NCBI GenBank assembly: GCA_051362555.1
Contig: CM120643.1
Coordinates: 29,516,848 to 29,580,847, forward strand
DNA: 64,000 bases
Origin: Lingula anatina
Taxonomy: Eukaryota > Animalia > Brachiopoda
Reading direction: 5' to 3'
Shown: positions 1-12,100 of the stretch, piece after piece
How positions within the stretch are numbered: the first letter of the stretch is position 1
Layout of the letters: each line of letters opens with the position of its first letter
The notes under the pieces: model-generated
The model's input: the letters and a program-made list of their open reading frames with translations, nothing else
Told to the model about the DNA's origin: nothing
Database searches by the model: none
Translations under genes and position numbers: made by a program

Positions 1-143
1 AAGTCTAGAGGCTGCTTTGTACTCTATAACTCATTTTTGGGATATTTTATTGTGCTACTAAAGTATATTGTTGGGGCACTTCCAGTACTTCCTGACCTGC
101 CAAGTGTATTTATCAACGAAAATTATGATTTAATCTATTCTAG

Positions 144-2818
144 GACTACTTTGGAGAGTGCATCATAGACACAAATGCTTGCCGAGCCTTTGTTTTCAAT
201 GTGGCTCATGGAATGGATTTGGCAACAAATAATAATGATTGGACCATCCACAGTGACCTCAAGGTCATGCCAAGGTGAGAGGGTCAAAGTGAGGCTTAGA
301 CAAGTGCTATGTTTGTGTGTAATAACCTGTCTTACTACATGGAATCTATTTATATATAATAAGAAAACCATCTCAATGTTGAAAATGTTCACACTTTTAT
401 TCCATCTCAATCGCTTAAAATGAATATATTCTGGAAAGAGCTGAAATTGTTAAGGCCTATTTTTATTCCCAAATAAACGATATAATACTAAAACATGGTG
501 CCTATAATCGCTTCAGAACAGACTTCCTGCACTGGGGCTGGCAGATAAAGTTTGCAGCGGCCAAAAATGTCGGACATGTTTCCGATGTAATGCTTCACGC
601 CTGCGGTGGTTCTGGATACAAAACAGAATTGGGTGAGTTTCAATTTGAAATTAACAACATACACGAGCATTGCCTGAGCAAAATGTCTCCTTTCGAATGA
701 GGGACATCGTTTGAATACAATTAAAGGCAGCTGACAAGAATGAAGTCTTTTCAGGTTGTGTAGGACATGGAATGGTATTCTTGTTTGATTCAAGAGACTG
801 GCTGAATTATACATAATGCGATTAAACTACCAACCTTTGAACTTCACTGTAACTACCTATGTTAGGTAACATATAAAATTAATGACACAAATCTTCATTG
901 ACTTATTGCAGGCATTGAACGTCTTCTCCGAGACGCTAAGGCCGGCTGGCTGATGGGTCCGAGCAATGAGGTCACACGGCAGTGGGTAGGAACCACGGCT
1001 CTCATGGGAATGGAGCAGCTGGATTACTGGTAGGTTGAGTTGATTTGCCAATCCATAACACCAGGGGCTGGTTACATAAAGAACCTGCAACCAAAACTTG
1101 GCTTTAACATAAAAATCAAAATCTTGCGTACACAATGTACTCGTTTTGTCTCAAGTTGAACGATAATTGTGGTCCATTTAAAAGAAATATGTCGCTAGTA
1201 TCATAAATAGTAAGAAATGACTAATGTTTTAGACCATTAGCAACTTAATCTTGTTGACCCAACATCTTTGGTGCTCGGTTCGTTTGTGCCACCAATCACA
1301 GTTTGAATGGAAACAAGACAGTCATGAGGAAAGTTGGCAACTTTCTTTCTTTCAAATAAAAGCTACTGCTTTTAATTCCATTAAAATAAACATACATACA
1401 TTTTAAAATTTAATCTGTAGGTTACAGAGAGCAAACAAGCGCCTTCTTAACTACGAGTTAAAGAAGCTGACACCGGAAGTAAAGAGGGAGCTTGCGCACA
1501 AAATGCTGAAGGAGTGTGAGCAAGAGCTGGGCCAAGACAGCGGCACTGCGCCAAACCAAGACACCGACTTCGACGACCCTTTCTCCACATCTGCCGCCCT
1601 GCCTCTTGGCGCTTTCAAAGACGCCGCGGGTAAAGTCCACCTCGCTGCTTTAAACGCCGATACGTTTACCACCCTTAAGCTAACAGAGGTTATCCAAGAA
1701 GCAGACAAAGTCCAGAGACTAAAATTCGCTCTGCCTGACCCAGAAGCCCACTCAGGTTGTCTGCCCGGTCAGTATGTGCAAGCACGTGTCAATGTTGTCG
1801 GGAAATTCCACGAGCGTTATCTGTCGCCCATGAGTGCTCCCAGTGCGTTTGGTGTGATGGAGTTCGGGCTGCGCCTGGAGACGCATGGCGCGTTCTCCCT
1901 CGCTGTTAAGAATATGAAAATCGGTAGGTGCACTTATCTTTTCTTATAGGACATAAAATTGAAAGGAACATTATTGCTCGTCAAACATAATAGTTAACAT
2001 ATTGGATTACGATCTATTAATTATAATGAAAGTGACTCATCAACTGATATGTATATGGTTAAACATCAATACTCCCTATTTACTTTTCTTAAGCATGTGG
2101 ATCGCTGCTCATTTGAACCATACACCTGAATATTAATGATGTTGATTTACTGAAACAAATGTCATGATATTCATTCTGCTTTTTAAAATTTTTCTATTGA
2201 CAGGCAGAGAAAGTCGGACGCTATATTTTGAAAATGTGTGTATATTTTCTATGCCATGGAAACAAGTATCAAAATACAACATACACTTACCTTATTTCAG
2301 GAGACACTCTAGAATGCCGAGGTCCATGTGGAGGTTTTGAATATTCCGCGGGAAAACTGGATACTTTGACCATGATAGCCACCGGAGTCGGAGCCACGCC
2401 TGCCATACAACTTATCCGCAACATCGCCAATGACCCCTCTGACACAACCAAGGTCAAGTTCTTCTACCACGCCAAGACGCCGGAGCAGCTCTTATGCTTT
2501 GAGGAGCTTACAGCATCTGGGAAACGCGACAGTCGTTTTGATTTCACCTTCTGCGTTAGCGAGTGCGACGATTCCTGGACTGGGACCGAGGGACTTATCG
2601 ACGCCAGCACCTTGAAACCGTTCCTGCCACCCGCCAACAGCAACACCAACAAGACCATCATCTGCACTGGTCCAGCAGTCGTAATCACTACCCTGTCCGC
2701 CCTTCATGAGCTTGGATACAAGAGCGACGATATCTACATCTATGGGCCGTTTGGAGTCGAGCTGATACGTGCCGTGTATGGCCAAAAAGCCAAACTTGCA
2801 ACGCATTTACCCTGCTAG
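144..2818 (+). CDS. ACAD-fold flavoprotein / cytochrome-b5-reductase-like fusion, copy A (5' part outside window; last 5 exons)
   Basis: GT-AG exons 144-274, 517-632, 912-1029, 1421-1923, 2301-2818 splice in frame: DYFGECIIDTNACRAF...LHACGGSGYKTELG-IERLLRDAKAGWLMGPSNEVTR...PGQYV...RYLSP...CRGPCGGFEY...MIATGVGATP...LPC*. Exon sizes match copy D. Confidence 0.9.
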
Positions 2819-3396
2819 ACTGAATTTTATTGCAATGATACAAAACTGAGTACCAGAATTTGAGTACCAGGTTATATTCATACTTGTCTTCTAAAACAAA
2901 CATTGGCTTAAATATTAACCACATTTTTGCATGATTTGTTATATAAATGAAGTACTTCCAATTATCTCACGCCTTTTTTGTTAAACGGGATCCCAGGAGT
3001 GAACTTAAACCTTCACAAATGAGACTTGGACAGTTGCAATTTGAATTTAAGATCACTAGAGTAAAAACATTTCGGTGGAGTCAATCAAGTGAAATTGCCT
3101 CCATTCAAAATATACACTGGATATGTTATTTCCCAGATGAAGATGCTCTAGTTTATGGAGACTTTATACAGATATCAAAATATTGGAGGTAAACAACAAT
3201 GACAATATGATCGTTGATTGAAGAAAAGCCATTACTTTATTCTTGTAACGTAACCACAGCGAATGAAATTATCTTACAAGTATTTACAGGTTAGGGTTAA
3301 TTGGAGTAAGAGGTTAGTATATAGGACGAATATTAACTGGACAAAGTAATGGGTGGAACTATGGTTCCAAGCGAACTAGCATTCCTACCACACCGG

Positions 3397-3564
3397 TGTG
3401 ACGAAACTGAGGGGCCTTAAAACCGAGAATGCACTGCCCATATAATTATACAGTTTATTGTTAACCTGACGTATGTGGGTCAAAATCTAGGGCGTGACTT
3501 GCCTGTACAAATTGATGGGAACCGGACCCTCTATCATGGGGGAATCTCCGTCACGTCCGTCACA
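3397..3564. mobile_element. Short TG..CA element with terminal inverted repeats, inserted at CCGG
   Basis: Ends TGTGACG...CGTCACA, flanks CCGG/CCCG. Absent from the paralogous flank near 56060-56070 (empty site). Confidence 0.55.
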
Positions 3565-4290
3565 CCCGTGACAACCACATAAAAACACACTTTGCTGCAT
3601 GTCACTTATACCATTATAAACATTAGTGAAGGTCGCTTATAGCAATTATGTAACAGCATGAAGGTATTCTAGTGCTCAATTAACAGCAAACCGTAGGTTT
3701 GGGAATGGTGTAGAGTAAACAAAGGGAAATAAAACAATAATGAAAAGCCACCCTGCAGTCCTTGTCAATTTTAAAATTGAAACGTCCAAATGACCAACAG
3801 GCTAATATAATAAAGGAAAAAAACACTCCATTAAAAATAGCAAAGAATATTAATCGAGTGTGGTGTTTTAAGGCAGATATCATATTTTATATCATCTAAT
3901 AATCATACATTCAAAGATACATGATATGATATAATGCAGCACTCTGCATATAAAAATACAGCAATCACAACAATTGAACAATTTCACCATTTGGCGTAAT
4001 TACTGTTGGTGGGGATACACATTTCTTTAAAATAAACCTTATTTAGTCTATATAAACATCACACCCTCTTACACACACTTACACATGGAAACCCACTGTG
4101 CCTGCTGACACACGTACCTGTAAACATCACACCCTCTTGCACACACTTACACATGGAAACCCACTGTGCCTGCTGACGCACGTACCTGTAAACATCACAC
4201 CCTCTTACACACACTTACACATGGAAACCCACTGTGCCTGCTGACCCACGTACCTGTAAACATCACACCCTCTTACACACACTTACACAT

Positions 4291-5766
4291 TGTCAGGGAC
4301 CCCTAAATGTCTTAAGCCTCTCTTACAACCCGTCGTGCGTGCTTAGAGATCGTGCGTCCTCGGAGTTGTCGTCAGACGTAGCGTTGTCGCAGGATGAAAA
4401 TTAAATCGCAGCGGACGAAGTAGTAAGTACTTTATGAGTAGGTGTGTCGTGCTCTAAACGTGGGGCCCGCAAGTGGTCTGTACGCCTTTTTTTGGAAGTA
4501 GGAAGAAGTAAGGAGCACGTACGATCTGTACTCGTGTCGCACACAGTGAGTGAGATAATCATACGTGTATTGCAAGTGAAGCGTACGTTTTCAGAAACCG
4601 TACTTACGAAGTAAGAGAAACGTAAGAGAAACGTAATAAGCACGGAAGTGGAACGCACGGATAATCAAAATAATATAAAAGGGAGCACCGAGTCTCTTCA
4701 TCATTCACTGTTTTGGCTTCCAAAAAGGCACTTCCAAGAAGGATGCGCCATCGACTTCTACAGCTGCTAATGCTAGAGGAGGCCGAAGATCGTGACGCTG
4801 GCAGTGGTTGCTCGGGATCGCCTGCACTTTTATCGTGCTGGGCACGTGCGTCGTGTTAGTGTGACGCACTTCACAAGTATGGTAGTAGTACTCGCCACGC
4901 AATTTGGAAGTAAGATAAACGCACGGAAGAAGTGCGCTCACCCCCCTTTTTGTGAACACTTACATTGAAAGCAAGTTAAACTTACGAGTCTCTTGCGTGG
5001 TAAGTACGTCTTCGTGGTAAAATACCCCGTAATTTCTGCATGCTTTTCCTGCGTTACACGCACGCCTAGCGCACTTACTCAGTACTTTTGTCTTGCGTGC
5101 TACGAGCGTGCTCCAGGCGTTCTATTTGTCGCAGACAGGTCGTAGCGAAAAACTGGCCGGCCAGTTTTCGGGCTGCGTGCTTTGCGTCGTGTTTGCGTCC
5201 ACCAAAAATAGTACGCTCCACGTGCGTGTATCTTACTACTTGGCCAATTTTTTGCACGCAAACCGCTCGTAGAAGCACGCACGACCGGTTGTAAGAGTAG
5301 CTTTAATGTAGTTATGAAAAGGTAAGAGTGTAGGCAGAATCTTGCTCATGAAGTTTATTGTCATTGTTTAATCGAAGCCAGTTTCATCAGTCACTGCCTA
5401 GAAGGATGTGGAGGTGGCCAAGTGACCTCTAATTTAATTAAGTTTTATTCAGCCGGTCGAGGAGCGACCTGTAATTTGATTTAAGCATATTACTTGTATA
5501 CCTGCATATAAGCCAGGTGGGTAACGTTATTCGAGAGAACTGATGTTAGACCTCAATGAGACACGACAATTGTATTATTTGTTATACATCAGAATTAAAT
5601 ATTGTTGATAGTTAGAAACTTTGCACGGGACTTGAGTTCGTTCTCTCACGCGTTTACTTGCGTATATTCAAACCTCGAACTTTGGACGAATTGAACTGCG
5701 ATCGTAATCGATCGGCGGCGACTAATCTTGCGTTAAGATAACATTGGATCGGGCCGATACCCGACA
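4291..5766. mobile_element. Probable solo LTR (about 485 bp after removing the nested element)
   Basis: Termini TGTCAGGG...CCCGACA; 4-bp TSD ACAT at 4287-4290 and 5767-5770; interrupts the minisatellite. Confidence 0.7.
4315..5302. mobile_element. Non-autonomous PIF/Harbinger-like DNA transposon nested in the solo LTR
   Basis: About 30-bp TIRs (agcctctcttacaacccgtcgtgcgtgctt / aagcacgcacgaccggttgtaagagtagct) and TTA target-site duplication on both sides. Confidence 0.75.
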
Positions 5767-7541
5767 ACATTGAAACCCACTGTGCCTGCTGACCCACGTA
5801 CCTGTAAACATCACACCCTCTTACACACACTTACACATGTGGAATAGATCTTCTAAAATATACCTCAACTGGATATCCCCTAGTAAAATGAAGGGTTTGC
5901 AGCAATATCATATCTATTTGTTAGAATATAAGGATGGCTCCATCACTACCTTACTAGACACAACTTAGTTTGCGGAAACGAGTTTGCACGAGTTTGAATG
6001 AACAATTTTATTGCTGCTAATTTGTTGCCATATAGTTGTGAATTTGCTGCAAATTTGCAAGGAATTACATTTTGAAAGAATTTTTTAATTCTATTTCATT
6101 TATCATTTTCACAAATAAGATATTTAACACTTCCTTGAACATGTTTCATGATATCTTAGAAATATACTTCTCAAAAAAAGTAGATACAGGAATAGCAGAC
6201 ACGTGGTCAGGAAAATCAAGTCAGGTTTTTTGATTATTTATGAAATATACATGCAATGTCTTACATTAACGTGCCAATTCATTAGACATATACCAATGAA
6301 CTCTTGAATCTACGAACAAATAGAAAAATAAATAAATACGTTATCTTTTGATGAAAATGATAAATGGAATAAAATAAGTTAAGGATAAGTGAGTATGTGG
6401 GCATGTAGACTGTTTTCAAAACAAACAAAAACAAAGGTATTTTTTACGGAGATGTTAAACATATCATAGATTACAAACGTACGTATATATATATAAAAGG
6501 TAAAGCAAAGGTATGAATACTTCAGCCAGCAGATCTGGGTGAACGATGTATGGAATTGGAAACACTAGCATTCCCATAGTTTGACGAGGACATTCTTTTC
6601 ATAAAATATGCCATCGTTGCTTGAAATACAGATACTAGTGCTTCACTAATCTGGCAGTGGTGCGGTCCGAAAACGAAAAAAAAAAAGGTTACTGCAAAAA
6701 GGCATTTTCTTTTCATCATCCTATCCTATCCTATCAAATTGATGCATGGAGGCAATAAAACTCACCCACTAGTAACTATAGATACTGTCATAGCCATTTG
6801 TTAGAGTATAGACAAGGTTCAGTCGATACCTTACTAGAAACAAACATAATTACACAAGGCAAAACTAAAATTGTTTTTAATTTCGTCAACTTTTTGTGTG
6901 AGTTTTATTTGAAACATCAACGTTCAAACCCGTTTTATTTAAGAACAATACGGATGTTCACCAGGGGGCTTCTATTTGATTATATAAAGACAATATATCT
7001 TAAAATGATATACCTGTTAATCTATTTAACTTTTACTGCAGCAGTACAGTGCCGCCGGAATGTCCCCTTACTTACCCTCCGGGTCGCTGCGGGTTGTACG
7101 GACGGCCTGGCTCGGTAACTATGGAAATAACATTGTCATCCATACGCTGTTTGGTTTCTGTTAACAATAGTTCCATACCCTGCCCGTCGTGCAATTATCG
7201 TGACAAACTTTCTGCTAACAAAAGAGCCTAACCCTAGCTCGCTGAGATAAAGATCGAAGGTGAGCGTGGTCGCAATTAAGTGTACGTCCAAGCGTTAATT
7301 GACCTTTAATGCGCGGTGGCTTCACTCTACTTTGATCACTCTACTCAGATACGGAGATTTTAAGTATAAGAACTTGCCAACAGTTCTTATACCAAAAAGA
7401 TTCGGCGATGACAGCAATTTTCGTGTACATTGTAGCTATGAATTGATTGAATTTACATAGAGTTTAATAAATGAATTTATGAATTTATTAAAGATCAAAT
7501 AAAACACTACTCGCACTTGTACATGTAATATTTATTAGGCT

Positions 7542-7886
7542 TCAAACTGTCTTTGCCATATACATATTATTAACAAGAGTGAAAATTATTTTGTTAGCCA
7601 TATCTTTAATATAGTTCTGTCTATATTTGCATATAGGATCTCTCCCATCTACACCCGTAACATTTCTGTCCTTTCGTATTCGTTCATCAATCGTAAACAA
7701 CCTTCCCATCAACTGAACGCAAAAGTTGCCCGGGGAACTGGCCCGTTGTCGAATTTCGAATATTTCTTTATTTGACAAGGCGACGGGTGGCCGACCGAAA
7801 GACTGATTCCTTGATTCTGTAGGACAAAAAGCATCAAAAGAAATTAATTTATAAAGCTGGATTACAATTTCTCGGGCTAACTTCAC
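7542..7886 (-). pseudogene. BEN-domain-like coding fragment inside the Tc1/mariner element
   Basis: ORF segment RASSPGNFCVQLMGRLFTIDERIRKDRNVTGVDGRDPI resembles the BEN pattern (S-x-x-NF...L...LF..EE...NV.G..G+.PL). Recognised by eye, no HMM run. Confidence 0.55.
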
Positions 7887-8248
7887 TGGTTGGCACGTGT
7901 CATCTCACATTAATTAACAATCAGTTCAGGTTAGCTTTATTCATGCTGGGTAAACACAGTGATTAAGCCCTGACTATTACATAATCACTACTGTGTGACA
8001 CGCGTCGTCTAAAATTAATGTTAACATTGCGATGACGGTCTTCAATCCAAAATAATCAATTGCACATAATTCTAAATCAACTGACACGTGTCAACAGGAT
8101 TGTTTGTGTATCTGGACTTCCTAAATGGCCAATAAGTATTTTGTATAACATGACATGTTTATGTCACTGATTTCTGTGCCATCGTGTCACCTGCCAAGTG
8201 AACGGTATAAATCGACACTCAGATTTTCCAAATCATCACAATGCCAAG

Positions 8249-8410
8249 ATGCCTCTTAGCGATTACGTGCGTCTGCGTATCATCGCCCTCCGAGAACAAG
8301 GGGTGCGAATTAAAAACATAACCGCACAAATGGAAAATTAAGGCCATAAAGTGTCGCGACAAGCCATTTATTATGTGTTAAAGAAATACGACGAAGAGAA
8401 GGTCGTGCAT
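8249..8410 (+). pseudogene. Tc1-like transposase N-terminal HTH remnant
   Basis: Translates MPLSDYVRLRIIALREQGVRIKNITAQMEN*GHKVSRQAIYYVLKKYDEEKVVH, a typical Tc1 paired-like HTH with an internal stop; no DDE domain visible. Confidence 0.65.
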
Positions 8411-9131
8411 CAGGCTACTAAACTAGCAACACATGTAATAAAGGTAATGAGACATTGATATTTATTTGATGTATTAGCTATTTATAATTTTCCATTTTAA
8501 CTACGCTTTTGTTGATCGTGACTTTTTATCATCAAATAAAATTGTTATACGTGTTTTAAAACTAAGCCTGATTTGTTCTTCAGAGTTTTGTTCTAATATT
8601 CGACTTGCCTTTACTCGAGTCTACATAACCCGGTATTGTTTGCTCTTTGCATCAGCTATAATAGAAACCTTAAGTGAGGCAATTAAGAAGGGGCAAACCG
8701 TGTTCGTTGAACCGACTAATTTGGGTGTCCGATAAGGATTGCTTGGGGATTCCCCTACCCTGTAATTATCATACGGCCTCTATTGTTCGACCATATGGGG
8801 CAGGGTTGGGAAACCATACGGCCATTTGGTAAGGGGACATTCCGGCGGCACTGTAGTAAAAACAATTTGTTTTCTGTTGTCTGTAGTTATGGCCTGCTCC
8901 TGCCCAACTTATTCTCATGACCAACATACATGTATGTATTTGCACATATAATATACATTAAACGTAAAATTAGTCAGCTAAAACACAAGAACATAAAAAC
9001 AGTTGTATAAGATACTTTGCTTTCAGTAGTTTTCAGTAGTTTTCAAGTTTTCAGTATTTTCGCTCTCCCTTCTCTTTTTCTCTCCCTCGAAATTGAAGTC
9101 TTGATCTTATTCTGTTGTATCCGTGGCCGAA

Positions 9132-12100
9132 TTAACCAGAGAAGTAACCTCGCAGACCCTCCATCTGTTCCTCTCTACATGGTACAGTGGTGTTACCGAG
9201 ATCACTTACGGGGATAATGGTGTTATCAACTGCCGAGCTTTTCATCTGATCACGCACCTGGAGATGGAGGAAAATTACAGTTTCATCTTTAGGATCATTC
9301 ATAAGCCTCAAAAAGCAAAATTTTCAATTTAAAATTATATACGACAAACAATGGGTTTGTGCGGGTGCCATCTTGTAATGGAAACTACTTACAGCATGCA
9401 GCTAACCAAGGTTGTGGTTAATTCCACGTGTGATTTTGCAGTGATGCAATACAAGAATAAATGTCACCAAAAAGCCATTTTGGTTTTGATGTAACCACAC
9501 AGGGATAGGTTAACATAAAGTTAAACGTGATGAAACAATGTAGTAGGCTAATCTTAAGTCAGTCCTAGTGAAACCACACAGTAGTAGGCTAATCTTAAGT
9601 CAATCCTCATAAACCACACAGTAGTAGGTTTTTCTTAAGTCAATCCTAATAAAACCACGCAGTAGTAAATTGAAATAAAGTTAATCTTAATGTTACCAAA
9701 ACTTCAACATGTAGTAAGCAAGGCACATTAGTACTGAAGTAAAATATCGTAATATTTATTCTAACAATGGTGATTCTTGTTGGGGTGGGAGAGAGGGAGG
9801 GGCTGCCCCCCCCCCCCCCCCCCTCCAAGTCAAGTCAGCCTCCCTTCCATTCCCAACTCCAAATCAGAGGGATTCCACGACACAAATTAAATTTTAATCC
9901 TACGCTCCTCCGCTTAAAAAAAAAGATATTGTGCCCGTCAGTGTTCTTATCTATTAAATCAAATTAATTATTTTGGTAAAAATCATAAGATCCAATAGCT
10001 TACCCCTTCAACTTCTCTGAACACTCTGATCAAGTTCTCTCCCACCAGTTTCTTCAGTTGTGTTTCTGTCCAGCCATCAGCGGCCAGCGCAGCCAATAGG
10101 GCCGGGTACTTGGACACGTCTTCCAGACCCACAGGAGCACTGGTGTGAAGGGAAAGGAACAGCACCGTATGATATACTGGTAACCCAGTCAACACATAAC
10201 GTTGTTATAACGTTACTATAACTTTAATTTAACAAAAAAGGTAACGATATGATAACGTTTTGTTTGCCTTGAAAATATATTCATAATATGTTCCCTATAT
10301 ACTAAAACTGTCATTTTTTGTAAGAAGAAATTTAAACTTACTTGTACATGTACTTCAGCTAGCCTAAATTATATACCGTTACTTAAACTGTTAAGTGAGA
10401 AATGATCATAAGAAAATTGTTAAAAATGAAAATTCATTGGAAAGGGAAACGAATTTCTGTATCCACACGGTCTTGATGTAAATTTCATTTATACAGTACC
10501 ATCACGGCACCAAATCAGGCATTTCTGCTTATTGTAGTCATACAAAAAATAGAGTTGAAAACAATTACGAACCTTGGTATCCCGTCGTAATCAGCACCAA
10601 TACCAATGTAGTCTTCTCCGATCAATGTCTTGATATGGTTGAAATGGTCTAAGTTTAAATACATCATGCAATTAGAAATGTGCAAACTAATTATAAGCCA
10701 TTGCTAAATTAATCATAATGTCAAAGCATAGAAAGTTCTTGATATTCTAGTATTTGGGATGATCTAATTTGAAATGAGTTATGTTATTTGTACTGTGAAA
10801 TGCAGACATTGCTAAATTGATATGTCATTTCAAGTCAAAATGACTTAAGGTGTCCTTCTTGTAGATCATTTGTATCCAAAGTCCAAATTATTTTTATATT
10901 AAGCAATGGAAATTCATATTAAATCCCGTATAAATGTGGATGCTATTCAGATAAAATGAATTACAATATTATGTTGACACTCACCCACTACTTGCTGTAA
11001 GGTTGTTGTTGTTTGGTTACTAGGGTAACAGTTAATAACAGCGGGATAGAAATTCACCATTATGATCCCATTGTTTGTTTTCTGAAATGGGTATGATATT
11101 TTATTTTGACATATTTTAATTAAGTGCACTTGCAAACAGCACCGTCATAAGGATTTTATCTTCTCTGTCACACTCACCAATTTGTCTCTGAAATCCCTCT
11201 CGACGTTATGTCTTCTATAACACATTCACAACTTTCTCCCTACTACCACGCCCATCATTTAGCATTCTATGTAATTACCAGCACGCCTTCTCTGGCACCC
11301 TCGCTACTTGTATCCTCACCATTTTGACCTTTTCTAGGACACTCACCATGTTAAATTCTCTACCACAACCTTCATTTTAACATCTCTACCGCACTCGCCT
11401 TTTTGTTTTATTAGCCACAATCACCATTTATAACTTCTACCGCTCTCCCTACTGTCTTCCCAATGTACAAGCACCAATTTATTCAAGTTCCGACCCTCAC
11501 CAACTTGCGCAGGACGTCATCCTGCACGTTCCGCGGATGGTTACACAGCGAATAAGCAGAAGAATGACTGAATATCACAGGTGCTTGAGAAACTCGAAGG
11601 ACGTCTTCCATTGTTGCCTTGGAAACGTGGGATATATCCACCAACATGCCTATGCGGTTCATCTCCAAGATGACTTTCTGGAAATTATTATTATTAATAA
11701 TAATAATAAATATAATAATAATAATAATATCCTTTTGTGTGGTTTGGTTGTGGTAGATAAGTCGTTTTGAAGAATTCATAAAAGTGGTAGTATTTAAATT
11801 AAAGGAACATTCAGCCAGAGGATTAATTCAGGATATAGATTATATCCCATTTATAGTTCTTTGTATTATGGTTCTGATGTCCGAAACTGAAGCAGCGTCC
11901 AGCCACTTACCAAGGATATTCCAAACTGACAATTTGGCAGACCTGCTACATATATCTGTCTTATGTGGTAGGATGACGTCACTCAGGGATATTTCCGGCC
12001 CCAAATATTCAATTGGACACACGTAAAATAGGCGGTGTCTACAACTAATGCAAGTCAAAATTGATTTCAGATTAATGTAATTAGATCATAAAAGGCAAAA

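Larger units (their letters stand above)
4053..5838. repeat. 68-bp minisatellite (about 4.5 units) split by an insertion
   Basis: Unit taaacatcacaccctcttacacacacttacacatggaaacccactgtgcctgctgacacacgtacctg starts at 4053, 4121, 4189 and 4257; the array resumes at 5771. Confidence 0.9.
7047..8853. mobile_element. Defective Tc1/mariner-superfamily element (1.8 kb)
   Basis: Perfect TIRs of about 25 bp (cagtgccgccggaatgtccccttac), TA on both flanks, internal transposase HTH remnant. Confidence 0.85.

Noticed and set aside
175-423. ORFs MLAEPLFSMWLMEW... and the similar 52369-52947 ORF
   Set aside because: Off-frame readings of exon 7 running into intron; the similarity comes from paralogy of the real exon.
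4053-4290. Regular repeat array resembling CRISPR
   Set aside because: Units are contiguous with no unique spacers, the context is eukaryotic, and no cas genes are present; it is a minisatellite.
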